Virus record (IMG/VR): IMGVR_UViG_3300020349_000003
From: a virus
Lineage: Duplodnaviria > Caudoviricetes
Length of the DNA: 64,000 nucleotides
Reading direction: 5' to 3' (one strand)
A program made the translations under genes and the position numbers. Position 1 is the first letter of the stretch, and every line of letters begins with the position of its first letter. Positions 17,654 to 27,008 of this stretch are shown here, one piece after another. Below the pieces are notes generated by a model that did no database searches, was not told the origin of the DNA, and worked only from the letters and a program-made list of their open reading frames with translations.

Positions 17654-19906
17654 TTACTGAGCAACTTCAGAGAATGCAACACCAGTACGTGTAGCAACGA
17701 AGGTTAGAGTAATGTAGTTAATTGTACGTGTAGGTTTCACGAAGACTTCTGCGTAGAACTCTCCACGATCTATAGCTTCTGGTGGGTTGTTGTCACCATC
17801 ACACTTAACTAAGAAATCAGTTACACCACGACGACCTTGTACGTCACGTAGATATGGTTCGATGATGTTCAAGAACAATGCTCTTTGTGACTCATCGTTT
17901 TGCTCAAAGAGTTGTGCCTTAGCAGCACCACTTACTACACGTTCGATTGTAAGGAATAAACGACGAACGTTTATTCTATCGAATGCGGAAGCATATGATA
18001 GAGCAGTCTTATCACCATAAAGAACTACACCCTGACCTGGGAAGGCAACTATTGGGTTAATTCTATTTGCGTATAATGTATCACGCTGAGTCTTATTAGG
18101 TGTATATGCAAGTTTAATTGCATTTCTTAGAACACCACGTTGGAATCCAGCAGGTGAGAACCAAGGTTCTGCAGTCTCAGTTGTTTGTAAACATAGACCA
18201 GCAACGTCACCATTACAAGGAATGTAACGATAAAGATCATTATACTTGTCATAGATGTACTTGTATCCAGCATCAAATACACAGTAAGAAGAACTTGGAA
18301 GAAGTTTAAAGAATGCCTCTACGTTCTCTGTCTGTGTGGAAGCAGAACTTACACCAACAAGATTTGCTCTACGAGGAGAAACAAATACTAGGCAGTCACG
18401 ACGTTCTTCAACAATGGATACTAGAGCAGTAATCTTAGCTTTAGCAGTTCCATCATCAACACCTGAAGGACCAGTAAGAATGTAATCAATTGTCTGTTAC
18501 TCTGGGTCAGCAATTAACTGATATGCACTCTCAACATCTGTACTTGATACACTGTACTCACCACTAGCAACAGTGTAGTTAACACCATCTGCTATACGAT
18601 AGTAGAATGTTGCGTTGTTCTTAGAACCAATTGTGAAAGCACCACCTGGGAAATCAGTTGTACCAGCACTAGAGCGTAGTAAGTTAAACTGACGTGAAGC
18701 ACCAGACAATCCCCAGTTACCATCAGATGCAGTACCTGTTGCAGAGAACAGTCCAGTCTCATGATTACCCCAATAAACAAATTCTGAACGTTGCTTAATT
18801 ACTGTCTTATAGTAGTTGGTTTCACCAACAGAAGTCTTAGCATCAGATGCTTTAGACATTCCAACGAAACGCTCAAGAACAGCACCAGCAGTTCCAGTTA
18901 GACCACCGTCAACATCAACTACAACAACATGTAGTTCGTCACGGAATCCACCTTGACCAGCAACTGATTGTGAAGTTCCAGGACGTGCAGCAACGTTAAT
19001 CCACTTAACACCAGGAAGATACTCACGCTCGTTATACTCAACACGAACTGAAGTAACAGTTACGTTAGTAGAGTTTGTGTCAGCAACAACATCAGAAGCA
19101 GCAAAATCAACGCTGTCCTTATTGAGTGCTATGTATAGTTGACGCTCAATACCACCTGTTCCAATAACAGCAGTATTTGTTCCTGCAGTAACTGTCTGAC
19201 CATCAGCGATGATACCAGTAACTCCACCACCAGGAAGACCTATTTCTAATTTCTTATTGTTTGAATCCCAAGCAAGAACTGTAACAGTTTCTTGTGAACC
19301 ACCAATATTAATTGTAGTAGTAGCACCAGGAGTAAATGAACCAACAACACTTCCAACTGTTAGAAGTATGCTGTACTTAAATACTTTACCACTAGCACCT
19401 GACGTTGCACTTAAAGCAGCATCAGCAACAAACTCATGCTCGTTACCTGAACCAGGAGCTGGGAGAACAGCAATCTGATCTGCACCAGAGTCTGTTACAA
19501 ATATACCAATCGAGTTACCTTTATGTCCAGGAGTTCTAGCTGACCAATTCCAGTTGTTGTTTGAATCTTCATAACTTGCTTCATAACCATCTAGGTTCTT
19601 GATTAAAGGAGCAGTACCACCATTAACACCGTTCTTTAATGCTGTTGAACCAACTCTAATAGCTTTTAATATACCACCATAAGATAGGAACTGCGAAGCA
19701 GTATACCAATACTCATAGTTAGCATCATTTGGTTTACCGAACTTCTCTACAAGATCTCTCTCAGAAGTTACTGTTACGACTTCCTCAACAGGTCCGAGTT
19801 CAAACGGTGCAGCTATGACACCCAAGTTCGCTGTCGATAAGCTGGTTATAGTGGTCAGGTCTCTCTCCTGAACTACTACACCTGGCGATAATTGATTTGC
19901 TGCCAT
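17654..19906 (-). CDS. g18: Tail sheath protein gp18 (750 codons), interrupted by one in-frame TAA at 18497-18499
   Basis: N-terminal SPGVVVQERDLT. After ADPE* the same frame continues QTIDYILTG...RRDCLVFVSP...PWFSPAG.QRG...GDKT...FDRINVRRLF...FVATRTGVAFSEV to the stop at 17654. Confidence 0.95.
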
Positions 19907-19949
19907 GTTTATAAACTCCTAGAATATCCCGTGGACGGTTAACTAAGAT

Positions 19950-19957
19950 TATTTATA
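19950..19957 (-). promoter_or_regulatory. Late promoter TATAAATA (g18)
   Basis: Exact motif in the g17-g18 gap. Confidence 0.85.
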
Positions 19958-19968
19958 TTTTTGAATAC

Positions 19969-21621
19969 TCACCTGAAGTCTAGCATGTGTTGTACATCTC
20001 CATATTCCGCAACTTCCCATCGCTCACCTTGAGCATCAAGAAAGCTATCTTCTTCTTGTCCATCAGACATAAATCCAAACGGTGCCATGTCCTGTTCTAT
20101 AGAATCTCTCTGGTCTTCGTATATTCTTGCTCTTACATCATTGTCATGCATCTCTTTAAAATATTCTTGCATAGCCATCCACCCAAATATCACTAAACAC
20201 ATAGCAAGGTCATCGTGACATCCATCTTCTGCTTGAAAACTATTTCCTTTTTGAATGAATGTAGTTAGTTCCGCAATAGTATCATAATCATTAATGAGTA
20301 ATTTATCATCTTCAATCAATGCTTTGAGATTAGAACAACCAACTGATTTAACAGCAGTACTCATCTTCACACCAAGTTGTGTCTTCTTACCTGAGAACCC
20401 TTGTCCTAATTGTTGACCTGCCCTACCCCTCATAGCAGCCATTAATAAATTTTCATATTCTAAATCGAATTGAATAATGTCTGCTACCTGTCCACCAATA
20501 TCATTTACCTCACAAAGGATGTATGCATTATTATATTTCTTAGCTACATCAACTATAATATTAGGTAAGATGATGGGTTTAATTTCATTATTCTTATACC
20601 GTGCTATCATCTTATATGGTAATGTAGTTGAATCAATGACACAAAACGCAGAGTAATCCCCACCAATACCACGTGATACATCAACAGTGATAATATAATT
20701 ATGTTCTTCAATTGGTTGCTCATAGATTGATAAACCTCTATTCGATAATATAGGGTCTTCATATGGCATAACCCTCAATTTACTTGCTGAGATTAAAGTG
20801 TCTACAGATCCTAAGAACTCACATTCAAACTCAACTTTAAACTGTGCTTCTGAAGTATTCTTAATAGTTTGTTCTTTCCATACATCATCTCTACCAGGTA
20901 CTTGAGACCAATGCACTTCAGTAGGAATATATTCATTTGCTTTACGTTCAGCATCATGCCATAACTTATAAAACATATTCATACCATGTGGTGTAGATAT
21001 GATTATGACCTTCGTTTTCTTACCAGAAGATATAGTAGGATATACGGAACTAAAGAATTGCTCTGCGATATGGTTTGGGACAAAGGCGAATTCGTCGAGA
21101 AATATAATGTTAAACGACATACCTCTAACAGCACTTGCTGATGTAGAAGCAGCCAAAATCTTTGATCCATTCTCTAACTCCAGACTACCTTTGTTCCATC
21201 CCAGTATACCTTGTTGTAACCATTTGGGTAAGTTCTCATATGATAATTGTAGCCTACCTAACATCTCACGAGCAGTTGCTGCTTTGTTAGCAAGTATTGC
21301 TACGTTAGTATTATCATTAAACAATACATACCACAATAGATATGCAGTAACAATAGTAGACTTACCAGACTGACGAGGAAGTTTTGCTATATTGAATCTA
21401 TGATCATGGAAACTTTGTACCATTGTTTCCTGAAAATCATACATGGTAAAAGGTATAACACCTTCATCAAGTGATACAATTTTAATATACTCTCTTATAA
21501 AGTGTACTGGATCTTTAGCACACTTTAAATATTCAGCAATTTCTTTTTTAGAAAACTCCTGTGCTACATTTGCTTTCTTAAGATTAGGATTACCTAGATA
21601 AATTTCTTGCTGACTACTCAT
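19969..21621 (-). CDS. g17: Terminase large subunit gp17
   Basis: YLGNPNLKKA, RQSGKS, LDEFAF, ISTPHG and HDDLAM; start set at ATG 21621. Confidence 0.98.
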   Translation of the reverse strand: MSSQQEIYLGNPNLKKANVAQEFSKKEIAEYLKCAKDPVHFIREYIKIVSLDEGVIPFTMYDFQETMVQSFHDHRFNIAKLPRQSGKSTIVTAYLLWYVLFNDNTNVAILANKAATAREMLGRLQLSYENLPKWLQQGILGWNKGSLELENGSKILAASTSASAVRGMSFNIIFLDEFAFVPNHIAEQFFSSVYPTISSGKKTKVIIISTPHGMNMFYKLWHDAERKANEYIPTEVHWSQVPGRDDVWKEQTIKNTSEAQFKVEFECEFLGSVDTLISASKLRVMPYEDPILSNRGLSIYEQPIEEHNYIITVDVSRGIGGDYSAFCVIDSTTLPYKMIARYKNNEIKPIILPNIIVDVAKKYNNAYILCEVNDIGGQVADIIQFDLEYENLLMAAMRGRAGQQLGQGFSGKKTQLGVKMSTAVKSVGCSNLKALIEDDKLLINDYDTIAELTTFIQKGNSFQAEDGCHDDLAMCLVIFGWMAMQEYFKEMHDNDVRARIYEDQRDSIEQDMAPFGFMSDGQEEDSFLDAQGERWEVAEYGDVQHMLDFR

Positions 21622-21701
21622 TCTCGTATTCCTCTCTTGGTATAGTCCACTCAGCATATAATCGTCTGGTAGTCACACCCTGTATGTTAAGTGTTACTTG
21701 A

Positions 21702-22169
21702 TCAAGACTCGACCAGAGTCCCAAAGTGTCTCCTAATTTCACGTAGAGTCTCAAAATTTTTCTGTTTAGTGCCGCCATCGTATTCCCAAGCATAACCTTC
21801 CTCAATCATAAGTTCATTTAGTGAAATGGTAGCATCGCCAATGTAGAGCCAACCAAGAAGCCTACCGTACTTCCCAACGCCACCCTTAAGTTCAGTTCTA
21901 ATAAGGAGCTCTTCATCACCTTTAATAGTTTCAGTAAGTTTTTCTTTTAACCAATTAGTAGCATCTATTCCCAATGCCTTCTCTTCAAGATCTCTTGTTC
22001 TTTTTTCTGGCGTATCAACTCCTGCAATTCTAACTCTTTCTTTCTTGTATAAATCAAAGCCGAGATCGATAGTAACGTCAATAGTGTCACCATCAAGAAC
22101 CTTGTCTATCTTCGTCACTCGGAAGTTGTAACAACTCTTCCGACTTGGGGGTGTCATCCTGCCCATCAT
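21702..22169 (-). CDS. Thermonuclease (SNase-like) family nuclease
   Basis: VLDGDTIDV, RIAGVDTPE, KYGRLLG and NELMIEEGYA. Confidence 0.9.
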   Translation of the reverse strand: MMGRMTPPSRKSCYNFRVTKIDKVLDGDTIDVTIDLGFDLYKKERVRIAGVDTPEKRTRDLEEKALGIDATNWLKEKLTETIKGDEELLIRTELKGGVGKYGRLLGWLYIGDATISLNELMIEEGYAWEYDGGTKQKNFETLREIRRHFGTLVES

Positions 22170-22272
22170 TCATCTCCGCATATGCCATACGAAGTATATA
22201 GTAAATATACCAAGTGACTGTTGCCAGAAGTATTATCAATAGTATATTGACTGACCATACTACTTGACCCAT
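22093..22272 (-). CDS. Small single-pass membrane protein (59 aa)
   Basis: Hand translation, below the ORF-track cutoff: MGQVVWSVNILLIILLATVTWYIYYILRMAYAEMNDGQDD...; fills the gap between the methyltransferase and the nuclease. Confidence 0.6.
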   Translation of the reverse strand: MGQVVWSVNILLIILLATVTWYIYYILRMAYAEMNDGQDDTPKSEELLQLPSDEDRQGS

Positions 22273-22943
22273 ACAAATGTCTCATCGTATGCTGACATTA
22301 AATTATCAATATTATTTTTTTCTCTAAACTCAGCGACTGCTTCTCTAACCATTGGAGAGAAATAATCATGTCCAGCAAATAGTCCACCCTTTTTAACTTT
22401 TGGATACCATACTTCTAGATCTTGTACTGCCTGTTCCTTTGTTAGGTAAGCATCTAAAAATATAAAATCCAATTCACCATCTTCAACCTTTTCGGCTGCA
22501 GCATTACTATCCATTTCCAAGAACCTAATCTTATCTTTAAGTTCTGGGTTAATATGATTCAAACGATGAAAACAATATAGTTTAACAAACTCTATATCCT
22601 TTTCATCAAATTGCATAGTAGGCAAATCTTTATTTGTAGTAGATGCATTCATATAATCATCAAATGGTTTATATGCATCTACACCATATAGCGTTTTAAT
22701 ATTTGGGCAATTAAAAAGCATGGTTAGAAAAGAGTCTCCTCGTAAAACACCGAGTTCGAGACCAACTAAATCTTTACCATGCAAATTAATTACAGGAACC
22801 ATAGACCTTATGTCGGCTCCTAATGCACCTGTATAATCATAATAAGGATTTACTTGTTTTCCATCTTCTCTTAAATGAACTGGAAACCCAATTGGATATG
22901 TATCCGCAATATCCGTAGCTGCTGCTACATCAACCCAAGCCAT
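22260..22943 (-). CDS. Class I SAM-dependent methyltransferase (Methyltransf_24-like)
   Basis: LELGVLRGDS, YGVD, LDFIFLDA and WYPKVKKGGLFAGHDY; ATAAATA upstream at 22966-22972. Confidence 0.85.
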   Translation of the reverse strand: MAWVDVAAATDIADTYPIGFPVHLREDGKQVNPYYDYTGALGADIRSMVPVINLHGKDLVGLELGVLRGDSFLTMLFNCPNIKTLYGVDAYKPFDDYMNASTTNKDLPTMQFDEKDIEFVKLYCFHRLNHINPELKDKIRFLEMDSNAAAEKVEDGELDFIFLDAYLTKEQAVQDLEVWYPKVKKGGLFAGHDYFSPMVREAVAEFREKNNIDNLMSAYDETFVWVK

Positions 22944-22968
22944 AATTTAATAGTTTAATTAATGTTAT

Positions 22969-23064
22969 TTATGGTGGTGTCACGACGTTGTTTGTACCAT
23001 AATCTTGACCTATTCTCTTGATAGTAACAGGTCTTCTAAACATCCTTTTTAATAACTTAAGCAT
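22969..23064 (-). CDS. Very small basic hypothetical protein (31 aa)
   Basis: Hand translation MLKLLKRMFRRPVTIKRIGQDYGTNNVVTPP; overlaps the upstream stop. Confidence 0.4.
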   Translation of the reverse strand: MLKLLKRMFRRPVTIKRIGQDYGTNNVVTPP

Positions 23065-23155
23065 ATGCTTGGGCAGCAAGAGTTGCTGCTAATCCCAAAG
23101 ATGTTCCCATGATGGTGAGTCTACTCATCCACCACATAATTTCATGTTTGTTCAT
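23057..23155 (-). CDS. Very small hydrophobic protein (32 aa)
   Basis: Hand translation MNKHEIMWWMSRLTIMGTSLGLAATLAAQAYA; ATGA overlap with the upstream gene. Confidence 0.55.
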   Translation of the reverse strand: MNKHEIMWWMSRLTIMGTSLGLAATLAAQAYA

Positions 23156-23358
23156 CGGCCCATTGGGACTATGCCCATTAAGTAATCTAAACCTGATTCG
23201 TTTGTGCAAGAATCCACAAAAGAAGGATGCTCCTGTAGAAAGGGAACATCCTCTTGTGCATCTTTAATAGCTTCGTACGAGTTTTTTGCATACTCGCAAA
23301 TATAATGACGATGCTGTTCTGCATCGTGATACCCTACGGTATAGTGTGACAGGGGCAT
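23152..23358 (-). CDS. Conserved cyanophage/picocyanobacterial hypothetical protein
   Basis: SHYTVGYHD...ICEYA..SYEAI..A.EDVP.L.EHP; has its own promoter upstream. Confidence 0.7.
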   Translation of the reverse strand: MPLSHYTVGYHDAEQHRHYICEYAKNSYEAIKDAQEDVPFLQEHPSFVDSCTNESGLDYLMGIVPMGR

Positions 23359-23383
23359 GATTTTTCAATCCCTAATGTGATAC

Positions 23384-23416
23384 TATTTAGTATAGCATGT
23401 AAGTAAAAATACGCAA
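23384..23416 (-). promoter_or_regulatory. Composite sigma70 + late promoter
   Basis: TTGCGT, a 16-nt spacer ending in TGC, then TATACT, which overlaps CTAAATA. Confidence 0.6.
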
Positions 23417-23425
23417 CGTGAGGAA

Positions 23426-24094
23426 TCACTTATAATGATACGATGCCTTATTAGACTTACCTAATTTACCACTCCTTACCTTAGTACCTGAAGTTTCACC
23501 ATCCCCTTTAGGGTGTTTACCTGCAGCAGACTTACCTATGTTAATTGACTTTCCAGGTTTCTTAGATTGAGTATCATGCAACCTTGCTGGTTTCTTTTTG
23601 TCTTTTGTGATGACTGATTCTTGACCATGCTTTCTGCCAAGACGACGCATTGTTTTACCAAACCTACGTTTTGACATCTTATCAGGTTTAGAAGTTTGGT
23701 AAGATACTTCTCTACCAGTACCTTCCTTTCCATCATCACTCTTGTACTTGTATTCACCAACACCTTTCTTATATCCTATACCTTTCTTCTTAAGATCTTT
23801 CTCAAGACCCTTTCTCTTTTCACGATTCTTACCTTCGCTACTTCCACGGTCAGCAGAAATATTACCAGTAACCTTAGTCTTAGACTTAGTTAACATTCTG
23901 GTTGTTGGGTTGCCCTCAACTATATTGATAAAATCTTTGTAGTACATAACCTTTAAGTTTTCTTTTTGAGCTAACTTGTTTGCCGTTGCATACATGACCT
24001 CCTTGTCACGATTACCATAAAGTCTTTTAAAATCAGAGGAACGACGCTTCATCCCCCTAATAATCTTTTCAGCTTTTTGATTAACGGCTGGCAT
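23426..24094 (-). CDS. Very basic protein, candidate internal head protein
   Basis: Strongly K/R-rich; internal YKDFINIVE|G resembles T4 capsid-targeting/gp21 cleavage sequences. Confidence 0.65.
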   Translation of the reverse strand: MPAVNQKAEKIIRGMKRRSSDFKRLYGNRDKEVMYATANKLAQKENLKVMYYKDFINIVEGNPTTRMLTKSKTKVTGNISADRGSSEGKNREKRKGLEKDLKKKGIGYKKGVGEYKYKSDDGKEGTGREVSYQTSKPDKMSKRRFGKTMRRLGRKHGQESVITKDKKKPARLHDTQSKKPGKSINIGKSAAGKHPKGDGETSGTKVRSGKLGKSNKASYHYK

Positions 24095-24628
24095 TTAACC
24101 TCCGACCACTTGTACTTCTTCTACGATAACTGCACTTGTTGCAGCAGTAATCTTAACAGCACGTTTAATCAATGCCTTTCTACCTGATGCCCATGTGTAA
24201 GTACTAGTAGCAGATGAATCAATATCTGTACTTAACATACCTAAACCGTTATCAGCAGTTATCTTTTTACCAACAGTGCCAGCAGATAAGAAAGCAGCAT
24301 TAATAGCAGTGTCTGTGCCATCATCAACTACAGCAATGTAATCTCCTACAGAGAATGGATGATTGCTAGATGTATCTTGAACATGCTCACCAACATAATA
24401 ATCTGTAGTTGCGTCAGCAGTACCTTTTACAATCTTTGCTGTACCTGGCTTACCACCTTTGATAAGAATGAATTCGTTTTGTACTAGAGTTATTGCAGCA
24501 CCACCATTGAATGAAACTGTGGCAGCACCTGCTGTAGAACCAACTCTATAATATCCTGTTTGTACTGTTTGGTATTCAGAAGAACCAGCGGCTACGCTGT
24601 TACTACTTAATACATTGAGAACTGTCAT
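24095..24628 (-). CDS. Putative virion structural protein
   Basis: A/G/T/S-rich beta-type sequence; TATAAATA directly upstream. Confidence 0.7.
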   Translation of the reverse strand: MTVLNVLSSNSVAAGSSEYQTVQTGYYRVGSTAGAATVSFNGGAAITLVQNEFILIKGGKPGTAKIVKGTADATTDYYVGEHVQDTSSNHPFSVGDYIAVVDDGTDTAINAAFLSAGTVGKKITADNGLGMLSTDIDSSATSTYTWASGRKALIKRAVKITAATSAVIVEEVQVVGG

Positions 24629-24636
24629 TGTCGTGT

Positions 24637-25047
24637 CTATGTAGATTCATCTTTATTTATATTCTTTAACATCTTTTGAAGGTCTGCAGTACTGCCAACA
24701 AACATAGCATTGGTGACATTAGTCGGACCTTTCCTTTCTTCTTTATCCAATTCTTTCATTTTCCCTTGGAGATCTATCAACTTATCTGTTACATCTCCGA
24801 CTGCTTTAATTGTCGTTGCAGCAACTTCATAAGCACGAGGATGATCTGACGCTCGTGCCACATCAAGTATACCATCCACTGCCTCCTGACCTTTCATTAC
24901 TAGCATATGTAGTTGAGCACGAGACATTTCATAATCCTGTTGTATATCAGGAGTTTCACTTTTCTTAAGTGCTTTGGTTTCTTCTACATGCTGTTTAAGT
25001 TCTGATGGTTCTTCACCAAAAGCTTTTTTAAGTCCATCAAAACTCAT
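24637..25047 (-). CDS. g16: Terminase small subunit gp16
   Basis: DYE.SR..L, SDHPRAYEV and NAMFVGSTADLQKML. Confidence 0.95.
   Translation of the reverse strand: MSFDGLKKAFGEEPSELKQHVEETKALKKSETPDIQQDYEMSRAQLHMLVMKGQEAVDGILDVARASDHPRAYEVAATTIKAVGDVTDKLIDLQGKMKELDKEERKGPTNVTNAMFVGSTADLQKMLKNINKDEST
24654..24661 (-). promoter_or_regulatory. Late promoter TATAAATA inside the 3' end of g16
   Basis: Exact motif 25 nt upstream of the ATG at 24628. Confidence 0.75.
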
Positions 25048-25049
25048 AA

Positions 25050-26081
25050 TCAAATTGCCTCATCATTACCACTAATAGGATTGCGTTTCTTCTGATCTGT
25101 GTATTCAGAGTATATCTCACCAAATCCAAAGTCATCACTTGAATCTAGTAGTGCTGCATCATCTTCATCTATCTTCAGAATACCTGCACCATTTGCATGT
25201 CCAACAATAGATGAACCATTCCATCCTCTACCAACATGTAATGTACTACCAACGATTCTATTGATATGCATAACCTCAGTACCAATCTGAATATCATCTC
25301 CTTGTACAAAGGATGATACACTAGCAACAGATATAATTCCATCGTTAACATCCATTGCAGCAGTAAGAGTAGTAACTCCTACTCCATCCTGATCTGTCAA
25401 TGCAGTAGGAGTAACAGTGTATCTCTTCTCTCTTGGTGCTGATGTTGTATTGGTGGTACTGTAAGTATCTGTAATAGCCTTCTTGATAACCTTGGAATCT
25501 GTAATAGGTCCGTATAGGTATGTCTTTGCAGTAAATGTTAGAGTGTATATAATTGCTCTACGATTTGCAAAATCTCCTTCGTAATCATCCTCATAATCTA
25601 TGTTCTGTAAAACTATAGGAACATCTTTAGTTTCTCCTATTGTGGTTTGAAGTTTAACTGAGAGATTATAATGAGGTTGAAAGTACGGAAGAATCTGTTC
25701 AATGATTTGTAATCCGTCATCTTGGTTCTTTGATATAATTGCCAATTCAAATCCAATATTATAAGGCACAGGCATAAAAGCATTTTTGTTTTCATCTGTG
25801 TCTTTTTTAAATTTAATTTTTTGTGTAGGTGATACCTTTCTGGTAGCATCGTAACCTATACTATTAATCTCAAAAGATAATCTAGGAAGTGTTATTTGCA
25901 CCCTCTTATTAGTAGGGTCTGGATTTTGATCTAACCTTGCTAAAAATTTCTGTTTCGGACCATATGCCAAAGGCACTTTCATCACTTCATCAGAACGACG
26001 AATTTCAATATTGTTAAACAATGTTCCGAAAGCCACGATAGTCTTACGAAAGATTTCATTGTATGAATAAGTTCCTAACAT
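25050..26081 (-). CDS. g15: Tail sheath stabiliser / completion protein gp15
   Basis: AFGTLFNNI, VPLAYGPKQKF, LPRLSFE, QIIEQILPYFQP and YLYGP; extra C-terminal module. Confidence 0.95.
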   Translation of the reverse strand: MLGTYSYNEIFRKTIVAFGTLFNNIEIRRSDEVMKVPLAYGPKQKFLARLDQNPDPTNKRVQITLPRLSFEINSIGYDATRKVSPTQKIKFKKDTDENKNAFMPVPYNIGFELAIISKNQDDGLQIIEQILPYFQPHYNLSVKLQTTIGETKDVPIVLQNIDYEDDYEGDFANRRAIIYTLTFTAKTYLYGPITDSKVIKKAITDTYSTTNTTSAPREKRYTVTPTALTDQDGVGVTTLTAAMDVNDGIISVASVSSFVQGDDIQIGTEVMHINRIVGSTLHVGRGWNGSSIVGHANGAGILKIDEDDAALLDSSDDFGFGEIYSEYTDQKKRNPISGNDEAI

Positions 26082-27007
26082 TAGATTGATACATCAGTTG
26101 AGCTTCCGACTGTTCCGAATGGATTTGATTCGGAGAAGTCTATAATATCATTATCAGCAGTCTCAAACTCATTATTTTGATCGTACTCGATATTTTTATT
26201 ATCTATTGTATTATATGTAGCCGTTGTCCAAGAAGCACCCGATGAACCACCTGTAATTGTTTCTGGAACAGTAAACGTCCCAGATCTATTAATAACAATA
26301 AGTGTTCTAGTACCAGAATCCCAAGACTTAACTTCAGCAGTTACATTAGAACTACCTCCAGTTACAGTTTCACCAACTGTAAAGTCTCCTGTACCACCAG
26401 CAACTAAACCAACTGTAATGGCATTAGCAAAGGCAGTCTCTACAGCATCTAGTTCTGCAAGACCAGTATCAATCTCCTCATCGCTGTACTCGAAGAGTTC
26501 GCACTGACATTCCCAAACATATCCTTTACCTAACTGATAGAAAGGACGTTCGACTTCTACAAACTTAATTTCAAATAGATGTCTAGTTATAGGGAACCAA
26601 ATTAAATCCCCTTCGTTGGGTCTTCCTTCGACATTGAGTACAGTCGAGTCATCAACCTTTTCTTTAAATTTTTCACGGGAGAATATAAACGTTGTCTTAT
26701 CCTCGATGCGGATTCCAAACTTCGTAAGAAGCTCGCCTTGTCCTTCCCATCCTTCAACATTATTGACATAGGCTCGAATCGCTTTGGCACTTTCAAATTT
26801 GCCATCAGAGTCCTCTCCGAAGACGTTATCACGGTTGACAATAGTTCTCGGCACGTAGTAAATATCTTGCCCGTAAATTTCAATGCTCTCTACAACTAGG
26901 TTTTCCATGAACTTCTGCTCTTGAGCAGAACCGTTAATCTTTAATCTTCCAGCATTACTATAGTCCGACTGAACGTAATCTTGTGCTGGTGTATTGGAAT
27001 ATGTCAT
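26081..27007 (-). CDS. g14: Neck protein gp14
   Basis: ESIEIYGQD.YY.PR, RPNEGDLIWFP, PFYQLGK and DFSESNPFG. Confidence 0.95.
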   Translation of the reverse strand: MTYSNTPAQDYVQSDYSNAGRLKINGSAQEQKFMENLVVESIEIYGQDIYYVPRTIVNRDNVFGEDSDGKFESAKAIRAYVNNVEGWEGQGELLTKFGIRIEDKTTFIFSREKFKEKVDDSTVLNVEGRPNEGDLIWFPITRHLFEIKFVEVERPFYQLGKGYVWECQCELFEYSDEEIDTGLAELDAVETAFANAITVGLVAGGTGDFTVGETVTGGSSNVTAEVKSWDSGTRTLIVINRSGTFTVPETITGGSSGASWTTATYNTIDNKNIEYDQNNEFETADNDIIDFSESNPFGTVGSSTDVSI

Positions 27008-27008
27008 A

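Noticed and set aside
18497-18499. Genome-wide stop-codon reassignment
   Set aside because: TAA, TAG and TGA all end genes at the expected positions elsewhere, and only one internal stop was found.
21614-21805. 63-aa ORF bridging the nuclease and g17 (possible frameshifted nuclease tail)
   Set aside because: TTG start with heavy overlap, and no slippery site seen; it cannot be resolved without homolog alignment.
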